A DNA stretch of 64,000 bases from contig CBDFKV010000006.1 in the NCBI GenBank assembly GCA_965249035.1, positions 153,609 to 217,608 of the forward strand. Reading direction: 5' to 3'. The notes beneath the pieces were generated by a model. That model was not told the DNA's origin and searched no databases. It was given only the letters and a program-made list of their open reading frames with translations. Made by a program: the position numbers and the translations under genes. This DNA comes from Candidatus Poriferihabitaceae bacterium (lineage in GTDB: Bacteria; Pseudomonadota; Gammaproteobacteria; Arenicellales; Poriferihabitantaceae). Below, in pieces: positions 1-9,292 of this stretch; position 1 is the first letter of the stretch; each line of letters starts with the position of its first letter.

Positions 1-347
1 GTATCTCCGCTCGCGGCCGCGTGAATGATTGAAGCGAGTGCCGGTGCGGCATCACTGGCATGAGGCTCAGCATTGAGATCAGGCAATGTTTGCGGGTTTT
101 GTATCCCCGCTAATATGGCGCTGACAATCACATTGTCTTCCTCATCCAAACCGGCAAGAACGGTCTCGCCGCTTTTTCCTCCTAAAATTCGCTCGCATGC
201 CGTCGCTAATTGATTCCAACCCTGTTGCTTTAGCACGTTGATTTGCGGCATAAATGCCTGTCGTTCTTCTGCATTTTGAGCTGCTTTCACCATAGCATGG
301 ATAAATGGTGCATGGGCTTGGCGGATTTGTTCAACTTTATCTAGCAT
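1..347 (-). CDS. hypothetical protein, N-terminal part only (gene runs off the window start)
   Basis: Open minus-strand frame from ATG at 347-345 (MLDKVEQIRQAHAPFIHAMVKAAQNAEERQAF...) with no stop before position 1. Absent from the ORF track because no stop lies inside the window. No family recognised. Confidence 0.35.
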   Translation of the reverse strand, partial: MLDKVEQIRQAHAPFIHAMVKAAQNAEERQAFMPQINVLKQQGWNQLATACERILGGKSGETVLAGLDEEDNVIVSAILAGIQNPQTLPDLNAEPHASDAAPALASIIHAAASGD

Positions 348-420
348 GGCTTGAAACGGCGGGCGATTGACGCAATATAGTAGCTAACGGAAGTCTAACA
401 AAATTGAGGACCCAATTGAG

Positions 421-1299
421 ATGCTGAATCGAGTTTTTCTATTTCTAGCAACCAACCTAGCGATTATCGCCGTACTTAACGTATCCATGCGCCTTTTAGG
501 CTTGGATGCCTATTTAGGTGCGACCGGACAAAGCATGACCGGCCTGATGGTTTTTGCAGCAATTATAGGTATGGCCGGTTCGTTTATTTCGCTGGCGCTC
601 TCCAAAACAATGGCAAAACGCTCCACAGGTGCCCAAGTCATTGATTCCCCCCGTAATCGGCAAGAGCGTTGGCTACTAGAAACCGTACAGCAACAAGCCC
701 AGGCAGCTGGAATCGGCATGCCTGAAGTGGCCATTTATGACTCTGAAGACGTGAATGCCTTCGCCACTGGCATGAAGAAGAATAGCTCTTTGGTAGCAGT
801 CAGTACAGGCTTATTGAATACGATGACAGCCGATGAAGCCGAAGCTGTGCTGGCACATGAAGTGAGTCATATTGCCAATGGTGATATGGTGACGCTGGCA
901 TTGATTCAGGGCGTAGTGAATACCTTCGTGGTGTTCTTTGCACGAATTATCGGCCGGATTGTTGACCAGGCATTGTCCGGAAATCGTAATGGCGGCGGCG
1001 TTGGTATTGGCTATTGGGTTTCCACCATGATCGCCGAATTGGTTCTTGGGTTTCTGGCATCGATGATCGTTGCCTATTTTAGCCGCAAACGTGAGTTTAA
1101 AGCTGATATAGGTGGTGGTGAGCTTGCTGGTAACCCTAACATGATCGCAGCACTACAAAAGCTTCAGTCCTTGCACGGCCAGCCCGATCTTCCAGAAGAG
1201 CTTACAGCCTTTGGCATATCAGACCGACGCAAGAAGTTTGGTAGCTTGTTCGCAACTCACCCCCCTATTGAGCACCGTATCGCGGCATTACAACCCTAG
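421..1299 (+). CDS. htpX: membrane zinc metalloprotease HtpX (peptidase M48)
   Basis: 292 aa with N-terminal TM helices, HExxH motif (LAHEVSHIANGDM) and a C-terminal ATHPPIEHRI typical of HtpX. Confidence 0.9.
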   Translation: MLNRVFLFLATNLAIIAVLNVSMRLLGLDAYLGATGQSMTGLMVFAAIIGMAGSFISLALSKTMAKRSTGAQVIDSPRNRQERWLLETVQQQAQAAGIGMPEVAIYDSEDVNAFATGMKKNSSLVAVSTGLLNTMTADEAEAVLAHEVSHIANGDMVTLALIQGVVNTFVVFFARIIGRIVDQALSGNRNGGGVGIGYWVSTMIAELVLGFLASMIVAYFSRKREFKADIGGGELAGNPNMIAALQKLQSLHGQPDLPEELTAFGISDRRKKFGSLFATHPPIEHRIAALQP

Positions 1300-1438
1300 G
1301 GATTTCGGTGAATACTAAGCAACAGCTGTTGAATCTTCACCCAGGATAAACTACTCTTCGCGCTCCAAGAATGAGTGCCTAACGAGCAGCATTTTTGGCA
1401 TAGCCCGAAAGATAGAAAGAGTTGTAAATTTTTAGACG

Positions 1439-1529
<91 letters not shown>

Positions 1530-1583
1530 GACCACGTACGATAATCTCAGACGAGCAATGTTGGACTAGGTAGATCCGTTTTA

Positions 1584-1712
1584 ATCATCGATGTCAGCTC
1601 AATCAGAGATGCTCCTTTGTCGAGTATGAAAACAGGTGCTATTTGGAAACCAAGTCAACTCATACACCTTAGCTCATACAGGACTATCTCCGACAAACCT
1701 GGGAATGTATCT
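1584..1712. repeat. copy 1 of an unclassified ~130-145 bp dispersed repeat (second copy at 35547-35691)
   Basis: Colinear blocks shared by hand alignment: tcatcga, caatcaga, gtcgaNtatgaaa(a)caggtgc, gaaaaccNagtcaactca, tctccNacNaacct, gaat, ctNag. A 1-nt indel destroys any common reading frame, so conservation is at the nucleotide level. Confidence 0.5.
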
Positions 1713-1734
1713 CTGAGTTACCTGGGTAATCAAG
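1713..1734. repeat. 22-bp inverted-repeat arm (partner at 4972-4993)
   Basis: ctgagttacctgggtaatcaag is the exact reverse complement of cttgattacccaggtaactcag at 4972-4993. Confidence 0.85.
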
Positions 1735-3697
1735 AAACCCTATGCAATGCAAACAAACTGACCAGCAAGAACTGTTCACTACCTGTATGACCAAACCGCA
1801 GTACTCTACTGTTTTGAAGTTAGTTATTTGAAAAGCACAAGTGTTTTCAATTATCACGCACTTGGCCTACACTTATTATAATAACAATTTACGGACGGAA
1901 ATTAACTAACTGTGGCACGCTATAGAACCACTAAATGACTAATTCAAAAAAATATCAGAGCCACATTGACGGTTTAAGGGCGGTAGCTGTACTGAGTGTA
2001 ATATTTTATCATTTTGGCCAGGCTTCCTTTAGTGGAGGATATGTAGGTGTTGATGTTTTTTTTGTGATCAGTGGCTTTCTGATAACAAGACTCATATTAG
2101 ATGAGATAAATGACACAGGTGAATTTAATTTCAAGCGATTTTATATTCGACGTATTCGTAGATTATTTCCCGCTTTATTGGTTACTCTCACTATCAGCCT
2201 GGCACTTGCGATAGCCTTGTTTCCTCCAGAACAATTCCAGGGATTTGGGCGATCCTTATCGGCTGCCGTTTTTTCCGTTTCAAATATTTTTTTCTGGACA
2301 GGAAGTGGATATTTTGATGTTAATTCTCACGCAAAACCTCTTCTCCACACTTGGTCTTTAAGCGTGGAGGAGCAATACTATCTATTCTGGCCAGCACTGC
2401 TCTGGTTTGTCACACAAAAGTCGAACCGCAAGTGGTGGATATATATAATAAGTGTAATTGGTATAGCAAGCCTTGTACTGAATCACATATGGGTCGTTGG
2501 GAATTTTGACGCTAAATATTCTTCATCTATATTCTATCTCACACCTTTTCGGATATTTGAATTGGGAATAGGTGCAATGGCCACTTTTGCGGCACCGTTC
2601 TTTTCTTCTAAGCGCTGGTTAAATGAGCTTGGAATGGCCTTGGGTTTGATACTCATTGCATACTCCATTTTTGTCTATACCGATAAAATTGTGTTTCCAT
2701 ATTATTATGCTCTGTTGCCATGCATAAGCGCGGCCCTGGTTATCCTCAGTCCAAATTCACGCTTTTTTGGATCGGTTTTAACAAACCCAATCGCTGTTGG
2801 AACGGGTCTAATTAGCTATTCGATGTACCTCGTGCACTGGCCTGTTCTGGTGTTCTATGAATATTACAAGTTTGAGGAGCTCCATGAGGTTGAATATATT
2901 GGCCTTCTCGCAGTAACGATACTGTTTGCCGTGCTCATGTATTTTTGCGTTGAAAGGCCGTTTCGCAGATACGCCCCATCCCGCCTCAATCCTGCCCCGC
3001 AAAAAGGCTTCGTGCTGTCAAGCATTAGTGTGATGATAATTATTGGACTGGTTGGCCTTCAAATTGGCACTTCGGCTGGTTGGGATTGGAGGCATCCTAA
3101 CTCTTTATCAGCGACCGTAATTGCTGAAGGTAAAAGCAAACGGTATGATCTAACTCGGAAAGGATGTCAGGTAGACCGCCTAGATGATCGACGTTATTGC
3201 AACATGAGTAAGTCTATACAAATTCTTGTTTTCGGGAATTCGCACGAACCCGATGGCTACAACGCTTTCTCAACAGTTTATGGTGACAATCCGGCGATTA
3301 ACCTTATTTCTTTCGGAACGACTAATCACTGTAATATACAACTTGATAGGTCAGGCCCATTCTCTCAGGTGAGCGCCCGTAATTGCGATAAACGCGTTGA
3401 TATGCTGAATAATGTAGAGTTTATTTCCTCTCTCGATGGTTTGGTGTATAGTTCCAACCATCCCTTCGCAGTTAATAAAAAGAACGAATGGCACATCCTT
3501 GCTCATTTAAAAAGTATAAATGAGAATCTCCCTGTTGTGGTGATGGGTGGGTATCTTAATACTCTTCGAGAGTGCTCTGAATTAATTAATCACTTTCATA
3601 CATTCGATGCCTGCAAAGATTCACAATTTGTATCGAATAATCCATTTGACGAACGAGAAAATACCAGGCTCGATGATGCCGTTGATATTGATTATCT

Positions 3698-4735
3698 CGC
3701 TCTGTTCGGAATCAATGTTGAATAGATGGTATAATCAAGCCATAACAACCACTTACAGAATGCTATGAAACGTGACGAATATCAAGCACTTGTTGCCAGT
3801 CTTGAAGGCTTAACGCCGGAGCAGTTCGAATTGCTATCAGGCAGGGTGTCGGCCATGAGTGACGAGCACGGTAGTTTACGACTGACGGAAGAGCGTCTTG
3901 ACGGGGCAGTGATTTGTCCACATTGCCAAGCGGACGACATTTTTCGTCATGGAAGAACTAACGGTCAGCAGCGCTATCGTTGTAAAGCTTGCTTGAAAAC
4001 GTTTACAGCTTTAACCGGCACAGGCTTTTGTCGCTTGAACGATAAAGATAAGTTGCTGGCCTACGCCGAATGCATGGTCGAGGGCTTGAGTATTCGCAAA
4101 GCTGCTGAACGGGTGGGCTTAGCAGTGGATCGCAGTTTTCGATGGCGGCATCGTTTCCTGGATGCCTTGCGTGAGCATAAGGCCGAGAATTTGACTGGCA
4201 TTGTTGAGGCGGATGAAACGATATTCCGGCGTTCTTATAAGGGTCAGCGCCGCTTACCCCGTCAGGCCAGGAAGCGTGGCGGTTCATCGGGTGTAGATGG
4301 CAAAGAGCGTGTGCCGGTGATGATCGTTATGCAGCGCGGCAGCCGAATGGTCAGTGACGCTGTTCTGGATGACTGCACAGCCAAAACATTTACAAAGGTA
4401 CTCAAGCCTGCGCTAGCGAAGGATGCCGTCTTATCGACCGATGGACATCCCAGTTATGGTGTGGCGGCGAAATCCCTCAACCTTGAGGCTGGCTATTTTG
4501 TTGCGGGATATCATGGCCATGGTGGTAAAGGAACTTGGCATGTTCAAAACGTTAATGCTTATGACAGCCGCCTGAAACGTTGGATGGGGCGGTTTAATGG
4601 GGTGGCAACTCGCTGGCTACCCAATTATCTCGGTTGGCGAAGGATGCTTGATAAACATCTTGATGAAATGACTGGGCAACTGTTCTTGCATCAAGCACTC
4701 AGAGCAGCGCCTCAACATGTAATCCAAACATAGCG
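3698..4735 (+). mobile_element. IS1595-family insertion sequence, copy 1 (1038 bp)
   Basis: Imperfect terminal IRs cgctctgttcggaatcaatgttg / cgctatgtttggattacatgttg (18 of 23 match). Flanked by the 8-bp direct repeat GATTATCT (3690-3697 and 4736-4743). Same length and ends as the copy at 14283-15320. Confidence 0.9.
3765..4733 (+). CDS. IS1595-family transposase (N-terminal zinc ribbon + DDE domain)
   Basis: 322 aa with a CPHC...CKAC zinc-ribbon and an ISXO2-like DDE region (VEADETIF ... STDGHPSY ... NVNAYDSRLKRWM). Protein is identical to ORF 14285-15253. Confidence 0.9.
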   Translation: MKRDEYQALVASLEGLTPEQFELLSGRVSAMSDEHGSLRLTEERLDGAVICPHCQADDIFRHGRTNGQQRYRCKACLKTFTALTGTGFCRLNDKDKLLAYAECMVEGLSIRKAAERVGLAVDRSFRWRHRFLDALREHKAENLTGIVEADETIFRRSYKGQRRLPRQARKRGGSSGVDGKERVPVMIVMQRGSRMVSDAVLDDCTAKTFTKVLKPALAKDAVLSTDGHPSYGVAAKSLNLEAGYFVAGYHGHGGKGTWHVQNVNAYDSRLKRWMGRFNGVATRWLPNYLGWRRMLDKHLDEMTGQLFLHQALRAAPQHVIQT

Positions 4736-4971
4736 GATTATCTCTATATCGACAAGACTCACCTACTTTGCTCCAGTGACACGGTCGACTCGTGTGTAGT
4801 TAAAGCAAATGGTGAGCCTGCCTTTTACGACACTCACCACCTTTCCTTGGGTTTTTCCGATTATCTTGGTGAACGCATCGTGGACGTGTATGGAGAAGAG
4901 TTTAATTCGATTGGGTTTCCTCCCCCGCACCGAAAAGAACAGCAAAATAGTACTTTTTGAGTGTTGAACTG

Positions 4972-4993
4972 CTTGATTACCCAGGTAACTCAG
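4972..4993. repeat. 22-bp inverted-repeat arm (partner at 1713-1734)
   Basis: Exact reverse complement of 1713-1734. Lies 12 bp after the restored acyltransferase stop codon and about 40 bp from a transposase C-terminal fragment. Confidence 0.85.
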
Positions 4994-5030
4994 CCATCTT
5001 CAGCACATTATAGGGCATGGGTGAAGTACG

Positions 5031-5231
5031 TTAGGAGAGATAACTCAAGCGTGCGATCATCCCAGCTAAATCGTTACGTCGATTAAACCGATACTGAAAC
5101 TCTGCCAAGTAACGAGAGACATGCTTGGCATCAATAAGTCTGTAGTTTCCGATCAATGCAGACTTTGTATTGCCCAAGGCGGTGTTTTTTGGCGAGAGCT
5201 GGTAGGAACGTGATAGAATTACAGTTCTCAC
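5031..5231 (-). pseudogene. C-terminal fragment of a second, different IS1595-family transposase
   Basis: The 66-aa ORF ...NTALGNTKSALIGNYRLIDAKHVSRYLAEFQYRFNRRN... matches the conserved IS1595 C-terminal pattern (NTIEGFW..LKR...G.YH.VS.KHL.RYL.EF.FR.N.R). No N-terminal or DDE part is present. Its upstream side abuts IS630 copy A. Confidence 0.6.
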
Positions 5232-5283
5232 CGGCCGATTTCATGATTGGGCTTTTTTTACAGGCTTCAGCTTCTTAGTATTA

Positions 5284-6380
5284 TTAACTCACAGCTCAAA
5301 TACCCTAAGAGGCGTACTTGATTGACGTGTGTTGAAAATATGATTTCACTCGCTCTGGCAGGGCCTGAAGCCTACGCATGTGGCTCAGCACTTTCTTCTC
5401 CAGTTGCGTTTGGGTACGAGCCGGGGAAGACGCTCGGATTCCCTGTTTAAGGTCGCAATTTAGATATTCATCCGGATTCATGTCGGGACTATAAGCGGGC
5501 AAGTAGTAAACCTCGATCTTGTCCTGATTTTCGTCCAGCCACTTTTTTACTACCTTGGCGTGATGAACACGCAAGTTGTCGAGTATCAAAAACACTCTAT
5601 CATCACTATCTTTGATCAGCCGCTTCATAAAGCGAATCAATACCTTGGCGGTCATATTTTCCCGGTAAGTCATGAACCGTAGCTTGCCTTGATTGTTGAC
5701 CGCAGATATTAAATTGGTTCGAAAGCGCCGGGCACTCTTCGTCAGTACTGGCGTCTGACCTCGGGGGGCGTAGCCTCGCTCATGTTGGCATTGATTACTG
5801 ATACCAGTTTCATCGCCCCAGTAGATCGTTCCACCCAGCAATGCTGCACGCTTTTGAATAAATGGGTAAGTTTCCTCCAACCAATCTATGGTGGCCTTGT
5901 CTGACCGTTCATAAGCATACTTGGTACCTTTCTGGGGCGTGTAGCCCCAGCGTTTCATGTAGTCGCTGATGACTTGCTGGGAAACCAAAATGCCCCACAT
6001 ATCTTTCAATAGAGCGCGTAGAGCCGCGCTGCTCCACAGCGCAAATGGAAGCTGCAACTGATCCGGACATTTGCCAACAACAATTTCCTGTAAGCATTTT
6101 TCCTGCGCCGCAGTCAGTAGCCGACCATCGCCATTACGTCGACCGCGCTGCCCTATTTTCAGCGCCGACTCTCCGCCCGTCTGATAACGGCTGATCCACT
6201 CACATATCGTCTGATAGTGAACATCTACAATTTCAGCTATCTGTTTCCGGCTCATCCCTTTTTGAAACAACCGAACTGCTTGGTCTCGGTTATGTTGCTG
6301 AACATCGGTACTACGTTTGCGGGCATCATTTTCTCTCATCACCCATTATAACACTTAAGGGTATTTGAGTTGTGAGTTAA
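5284..6380 (-). mobile_element. IS630-family insertion sequence, copy A (1097 bp)
   Basis: Terminal IRs ttaactcacagctcaaataccc / ttaactcacaactcaaataccc (1 mismatch), flanked by TA on both sides (5282-5283, 6381-6382), as expected for IS630/Tc1-mariner TA targeting. Confidence 0.9.
5305..6342 (-). CDS. IS630-family DDE transposase
   Basis: 345 aa with an N-terminal HTH (MSRKQIAEIVDVHYQTICEWISRY) and catalytic regions YWGDETG, LILDNLRVHH and YSPDMNPDEYLN. Identical to the copy B protein except for the first ~8 residues, because of a 1-nt indel. Confidence 0.9.
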   Translation of the reverse strand: MMRENDARKRSTDVQQHNRDQAVRLFQKGMSRKQIAEIVDVHYQTICEWISRYQTGGESALKIGQRGRRNGDGRLLTAAQEKCLQEIVVGKCPDQLQLPFALWSSAALRALLKDMWGILVSQQVISDYMKRWGYTPQKGTKYAYERSDKATIDWLEETYPFIQKRAALLGGTIYWGDETGISNQCQHERGYAPRGQTPVLTKSARRFRTNLISAVNNQGKLRFMTYRENMTAKVLIRFMKRLIKDSDDRVFLILDNLRVHHAKVVKKWLDENQDKIEVYYLPAYSPDMNPDEYLNCDLKQGIRASSPARTQTQLEKKVLSHMRRLQALPERVKSYFQHTSIKYAS

Positions 6381-6382
6381 TA

Positions 6383-6555
6383 CCTAAAGTTTGTTGATTC
6401 AGACCTAAGTCTAACGCAAATTTACGAACCGATTCGCTACTGCGAAGCGCAAGCGCCACTGCTTCATCTTTGAAAGCTTGATTGTATTGTGTTTCTCATG
6501 GAAAACTTTTTTTTGACTAAAGTAAAAAGGTCTCCGTTAAACTAGTGGCAGATCA
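6383..6555 (-). mobile_element. IS3-family fragment: left terminal repeat plus decayed 5' end of orfA
   Basis: The minus strand starts TGATCTGCCACTAGTTTAACGGAGACC (the TG terminus typical of IS3). It continues with the frame ...YNQAFKDEAVALALRSSESVRKFALDLGLNQQTLG (IS3 OrfA helix-turn-helix pattern). That frame is out of register with the only ATG (6499-6497) and is cut at the TA where IS630 copy A sits. Confidence 0.55.
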
Positions 6556-6777
6556 CTTTTCCAGGCTGTCGATAGGTGAGTCATTCACGATGGTATTCAT
6601 TCCTCATCATGAACAGAAGTTAGGTCAGTTCGGTATCATTTCCGATTAGAAATACCTGCCTCGCTCAGTATCATTTCATATTGGAAGAGACTGACAGTTG
6701 TAATATTTATTATTATGTATTACACTATGCACTCCATAGGACGTATTTAATTACTGAAACATTTAATTACTGAAACC

Positions 6778-7104
6778 ATGAAAATTACTTCGCTACTAGC
6801 TATTATTTTGCCACTAATTGTAACCGTTGCTAACGCCGAGCCTCGCACCGCGCTAGTGGATATCACAAAAATGCGTCCCTACACCACTGGTGCCTACTTT
6901 GTTACTGTAAGCTCAAATCTTATGGCTAACGGTGCGCAATGCCACACGGTGTATAAAGTTAATGCCGCCGATGCAGGCGCAAAATCCGTAATCGCCAGTT
7001 TGTTGACTGCCTATTCTTTAGAAAAAAAAATACAAATCGAGGTACCAACCGCAACTGGATGTATTGGTTTTGGTACACCGATAGCAAGCGTTTTCCTAAA
7101 TTAG
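6778..7104 (+). CDS. small secreted hypothetical protein
   Basis: 108 aa with a signal peptide (MKITSLLAIILPLIVTVANA/EP) and two Cys residues. No family recognised. It is the only plus-strand gene inside the IS630-bounded segment. Confidence 0.5.
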   Translation: MKITSLLAIILPLIVTVANAEPRTALVDITKMRPYTTGAYFVTVSSNLMANGAQCHTVYKVNAADAGAKSVIASLLTAYSLEKKIQIEVPTATGCIGFGTPIASVFLN

Positions 7105-7111
7105 TGCAAGT

Positions 7112-7141
7112 AATTTAAACCACTCTCGAGTGGTTTAAATT
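7112..7141. terminator. 30-bp palindrome between convergent genes (probable bidirectional terminator)
   Basis: aatttaaaccactc-tc-gagtggtttaaatt followed by ttctcattt. Lies between the stops of 6778-7104 (+) and 7170-8297 (-). Confidence 0.5.
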
Positions 7142-7169
7142 TTCTCATTTGGTTGCCAAACGGGTTCAG

Positions 7170-8297
7170 CTAGGCAGCGGTTTTCCTTTTAAAATTGGCT
7201 ATCTCGCGAAACCCTAAAGCGATCTTCTGGGCTGCGAAGCCCCACGAATGGCGCTTTCCCGGTTGTGTCTTTTGACTTGGATCGCTAACCTTTTCTATCT
7301 TCAAAAGCCCCGTCCCTATGGATGCTTCTGATTTTGGATCAACAAATACTGGCGACGTCTTAAACTCAAACTCTCTGAACACAGGTATATCTGAAAGAAC
7401 CATCTTTTTGTTAAAACTGGACGCCTCAATTACCGGTAAGCAATACCCTTCTGCCAAAGAGACACACACAAAAGCTGTAGATAATGAATACAACTCTGCA
7501 AGCCTCTGATCATCAACATTGATCTCTACTGAGACTCGCTCGCTATAGCGACAGTCAGATATCAGCTTATGGATATCCACCTTCCACCCTCTCTGGCCTA
7601 CTATCTTGAGTAAGTAACTTCCTCCTTGGTCACAGTACAATTCATACCCATGGATCAATCTTTGATAATTCTTCCTAGGCTCTATGGCACCAACTGCTAG
7701 AAAACAGGGTTCAATATCCTCGGTTTTTTGTAGTGCCTGCCACCTATCACCAAAGACACTCTCTTTCAGCATGGTCCCATTACGAATTACCTGCGTTTTG
7801 CTACTAACGCTTGGAAATAGCCGCAGTAACTCATCTTTCGTTGCTTGGCTAACCGTTATTAGTCTATCTGCTCGTTTTAAAGCAAGAGGGAAAAAGAGCT
7901 TTTCCGATAAAAGGTTAAGATATGGCACGGTATCTGGATGGGTCGCCCATACCAAATCATGCACTGTAACAACTACTTTGATGGCTTTGGGGACTACCAA
8001 CGGTAGATGGTGCCTCGGTGACCAATAGATATGAGGCTGATCATTCTTTAGCCAAAACGGCACAATCAAGTTCCACACCAAAAATCGTCCGTGGCTCAGG
8101 TTGGGTTTTCGTACACGCGCATTGTCCCCTGGGATCGAGATTGTCGATAGCGGTTCACCATCCAAATACAATATCCATTGCACGTTGCTTTGACTTTGCG
8201 AGAATAAGTGAGGTAGCAAGCATTCCAGATACCTTCTTATTCCACTCATCGGTCGACATAGCGGCCTAGCATCCACTGCTATCACCAGATCTTTCAT
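7170..8297 (-). CDS. glycosyltransferase family 4 (GT-B, Glycos_transf_1-type)
   Basis: 375 aa with the C-terminal signature ...FLAVGAIEPRKNY...VSLAEGYCLPVIEASSFNKKMVLSDIPVFREF (E-x7-E region). Confidence 0.8.
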   Translation of the reverse strand: MKDLVIAVDARPLCRPMSGIRRYLECLLPHLFSQSQSNVQWILYLDGEPLSTISIPGDNARVRKPNLSHGRFLVWNLIVPFWLKNDQPHIYWSPRHHLPLVVPKAIKVVVTVHDLVWATHPDTVPYLNLLSEKLFFPLALKRADRLITVSQATKDELLRLFPSVSSKTQVIRNGTMLKESVFGDRWQALQKTEDIEPCFLAVGAIEPRKNYQRLIHGYELYCDQGGSYLLKIVGQRGWKVDIHKLISDCRYSERVSVEINVDDQRLAELYSLSTAFVCVSLAEGYCLPVIEASSFNKKMVLSDIPVFREFEFKTSPVFVDPKSEASIGTGLLKIEKVSDPSQKTQPGKRHSWGFAAQKIALGFREIANFKRKTAA

Positions 8298-9235
8298 CTT
8301 AAATAATAGTCTCGGCTTACTATCTCAGAAAAATTAGTATCTCTGTTTTTACCTATAAAAAAATGTATTAACGCTAAAATAGAAGGCTTAATCTCATCAC
8401 CGCGACCGACCACCAGTAAAAAAATAGGCCTTAAAACTGTTTTTACAACCAACACGGGAAACAAATATGGGAAGTGTTTGCGGTAAATATACAATAAACT
8501 CCAGGTGGCATGATAAGCGGACTTCGTAATGCCTGAACTACTGGAAGAGCTCCCTGCTCGCTCATGAAATATTTTAATATTATTTAGCAACCCATATTTT
8601 AGATTAACTATTTTTATGCGCTCTCTATAATCTATTTCTTCACCGTAAAAAAATAATTCTTGATCAAAGAGTCCAACCTTTTCTACAACATCAATATGTA
8701 AAAAATAGGATGCTCCATCTATATACCAGTCATTTCGAATGCTCACATCAGAGCTGATATCCATTCTTTTAATTCGACCCAGGTATTTATTAAATCGTAT
8801 CGCACCTGACTCGGCATTTCTAGAACTATCAACCAGGTGCCCGCCATAGATACCAGGCTCTTGCCCTTTCAAAGAAATACGCACTTGGTGGAGCATTTCT
8901 ACAGTTAGTTGAGTATCGTTATTTAAAACCCAAAACCAGGTGACCTCATTATTTTTAAGTTCCTTGATGCATTCATTCATTCCTGCACCAAACCCAGAAT
9001 TGTATCGATTTCTTATTAATTGAATATCCCAGGCTTTAGGAAATGACTCATCTCTACCCGATTCAATCATTTTGTTTCCCAGCCATCGCCTTAGACTTTT
9101 GAAGTGATAGTTTTCCGATCCGTTATCACAGATCGCTATCTGCATCCACTCGATTTGGATCAAGTCCTTTAGTAGCCTTTTGGTAAGGTTGGAATGATTC
9201 CACTGCAGAATACATACTCCAACTTTCACAGCCAA
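8294..9235 (-). CDS. glycosyltransferase family 2
   Basis: 313 aa with CDNGS...NSGFGAGMN...VLNNDT... motifs, as in rhamnosyl/GT2 O-antigen transferases. Overlaps the downstream gene by 4 nt. Confidence 0.8.
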   Translation of the reverse strand: MAVKVGVCILQWNHSNLTKRLLKDLIQIEWMQIAICDNGSENYHFKSLRRWLGNKMIESGRDESFPKAWDIQLIRNRYNSGFGAGMNECIKELKNNEVTWFWVLNNDTQLTVEMLHQVRISLKGQEPGIYGGHLVDSSRNAESGAIRFNKYLGRIKRMDISSDVSIRNDWYIDGASYFLHIDVVEKVGLFDQELFFYGEEIDYRERIKIVNLKYGLLNNIKIFHERAGSSSSSSGITKSAYHATWSLLYIYRKHFPYLFPVLVVKTVLRPIFLLVVGRGDEIKPSILALIHFFIGKNRDTNFSEIVSRDYYLR

Positions 9236-9292
9236 GTCCTTAACAGCAAAACGGAAAATATAACAACAACAAAAACTTATGCCTAGTTCTCA

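Larger units (their letters stand above)
1935..4960 (+). pseudogene. O-acyltransferase (acyltransferase-3 membrane domain + SGNH-like C-terminal domain, OafA-like), split by an IS1595-family insertion
   Basis: The 596-aa ORF (1935-3725) has an N-terminal IDGLRAVAVLSVIFYHF and multiple TM segments typical of acyltransferase family 3. Its frame runs into the IS at 3698. Removing the IS plus one 8-bp duplication restores ...VDIDYL-YIDKTHLLCSSDTVDSCVVKANGEPAFYDTHHLSLGFSDYLGERIVDVYGEEF..., ending at TGA 4958-4960 (about 659 aa). Confidence 0.85.

Noticed and set aside
4003-4287. 94-aa antisense ORF inside the IS1595 transposase (and its twin at 14731-15015); similar antisense ORFs inside IS630 (5909-6097, 11053-11241)
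   Set aside because: They lie fully inside and antisense to well-supported transposase genes and have low-complexity composition. They appear duplicated only because the IS is duplicated.
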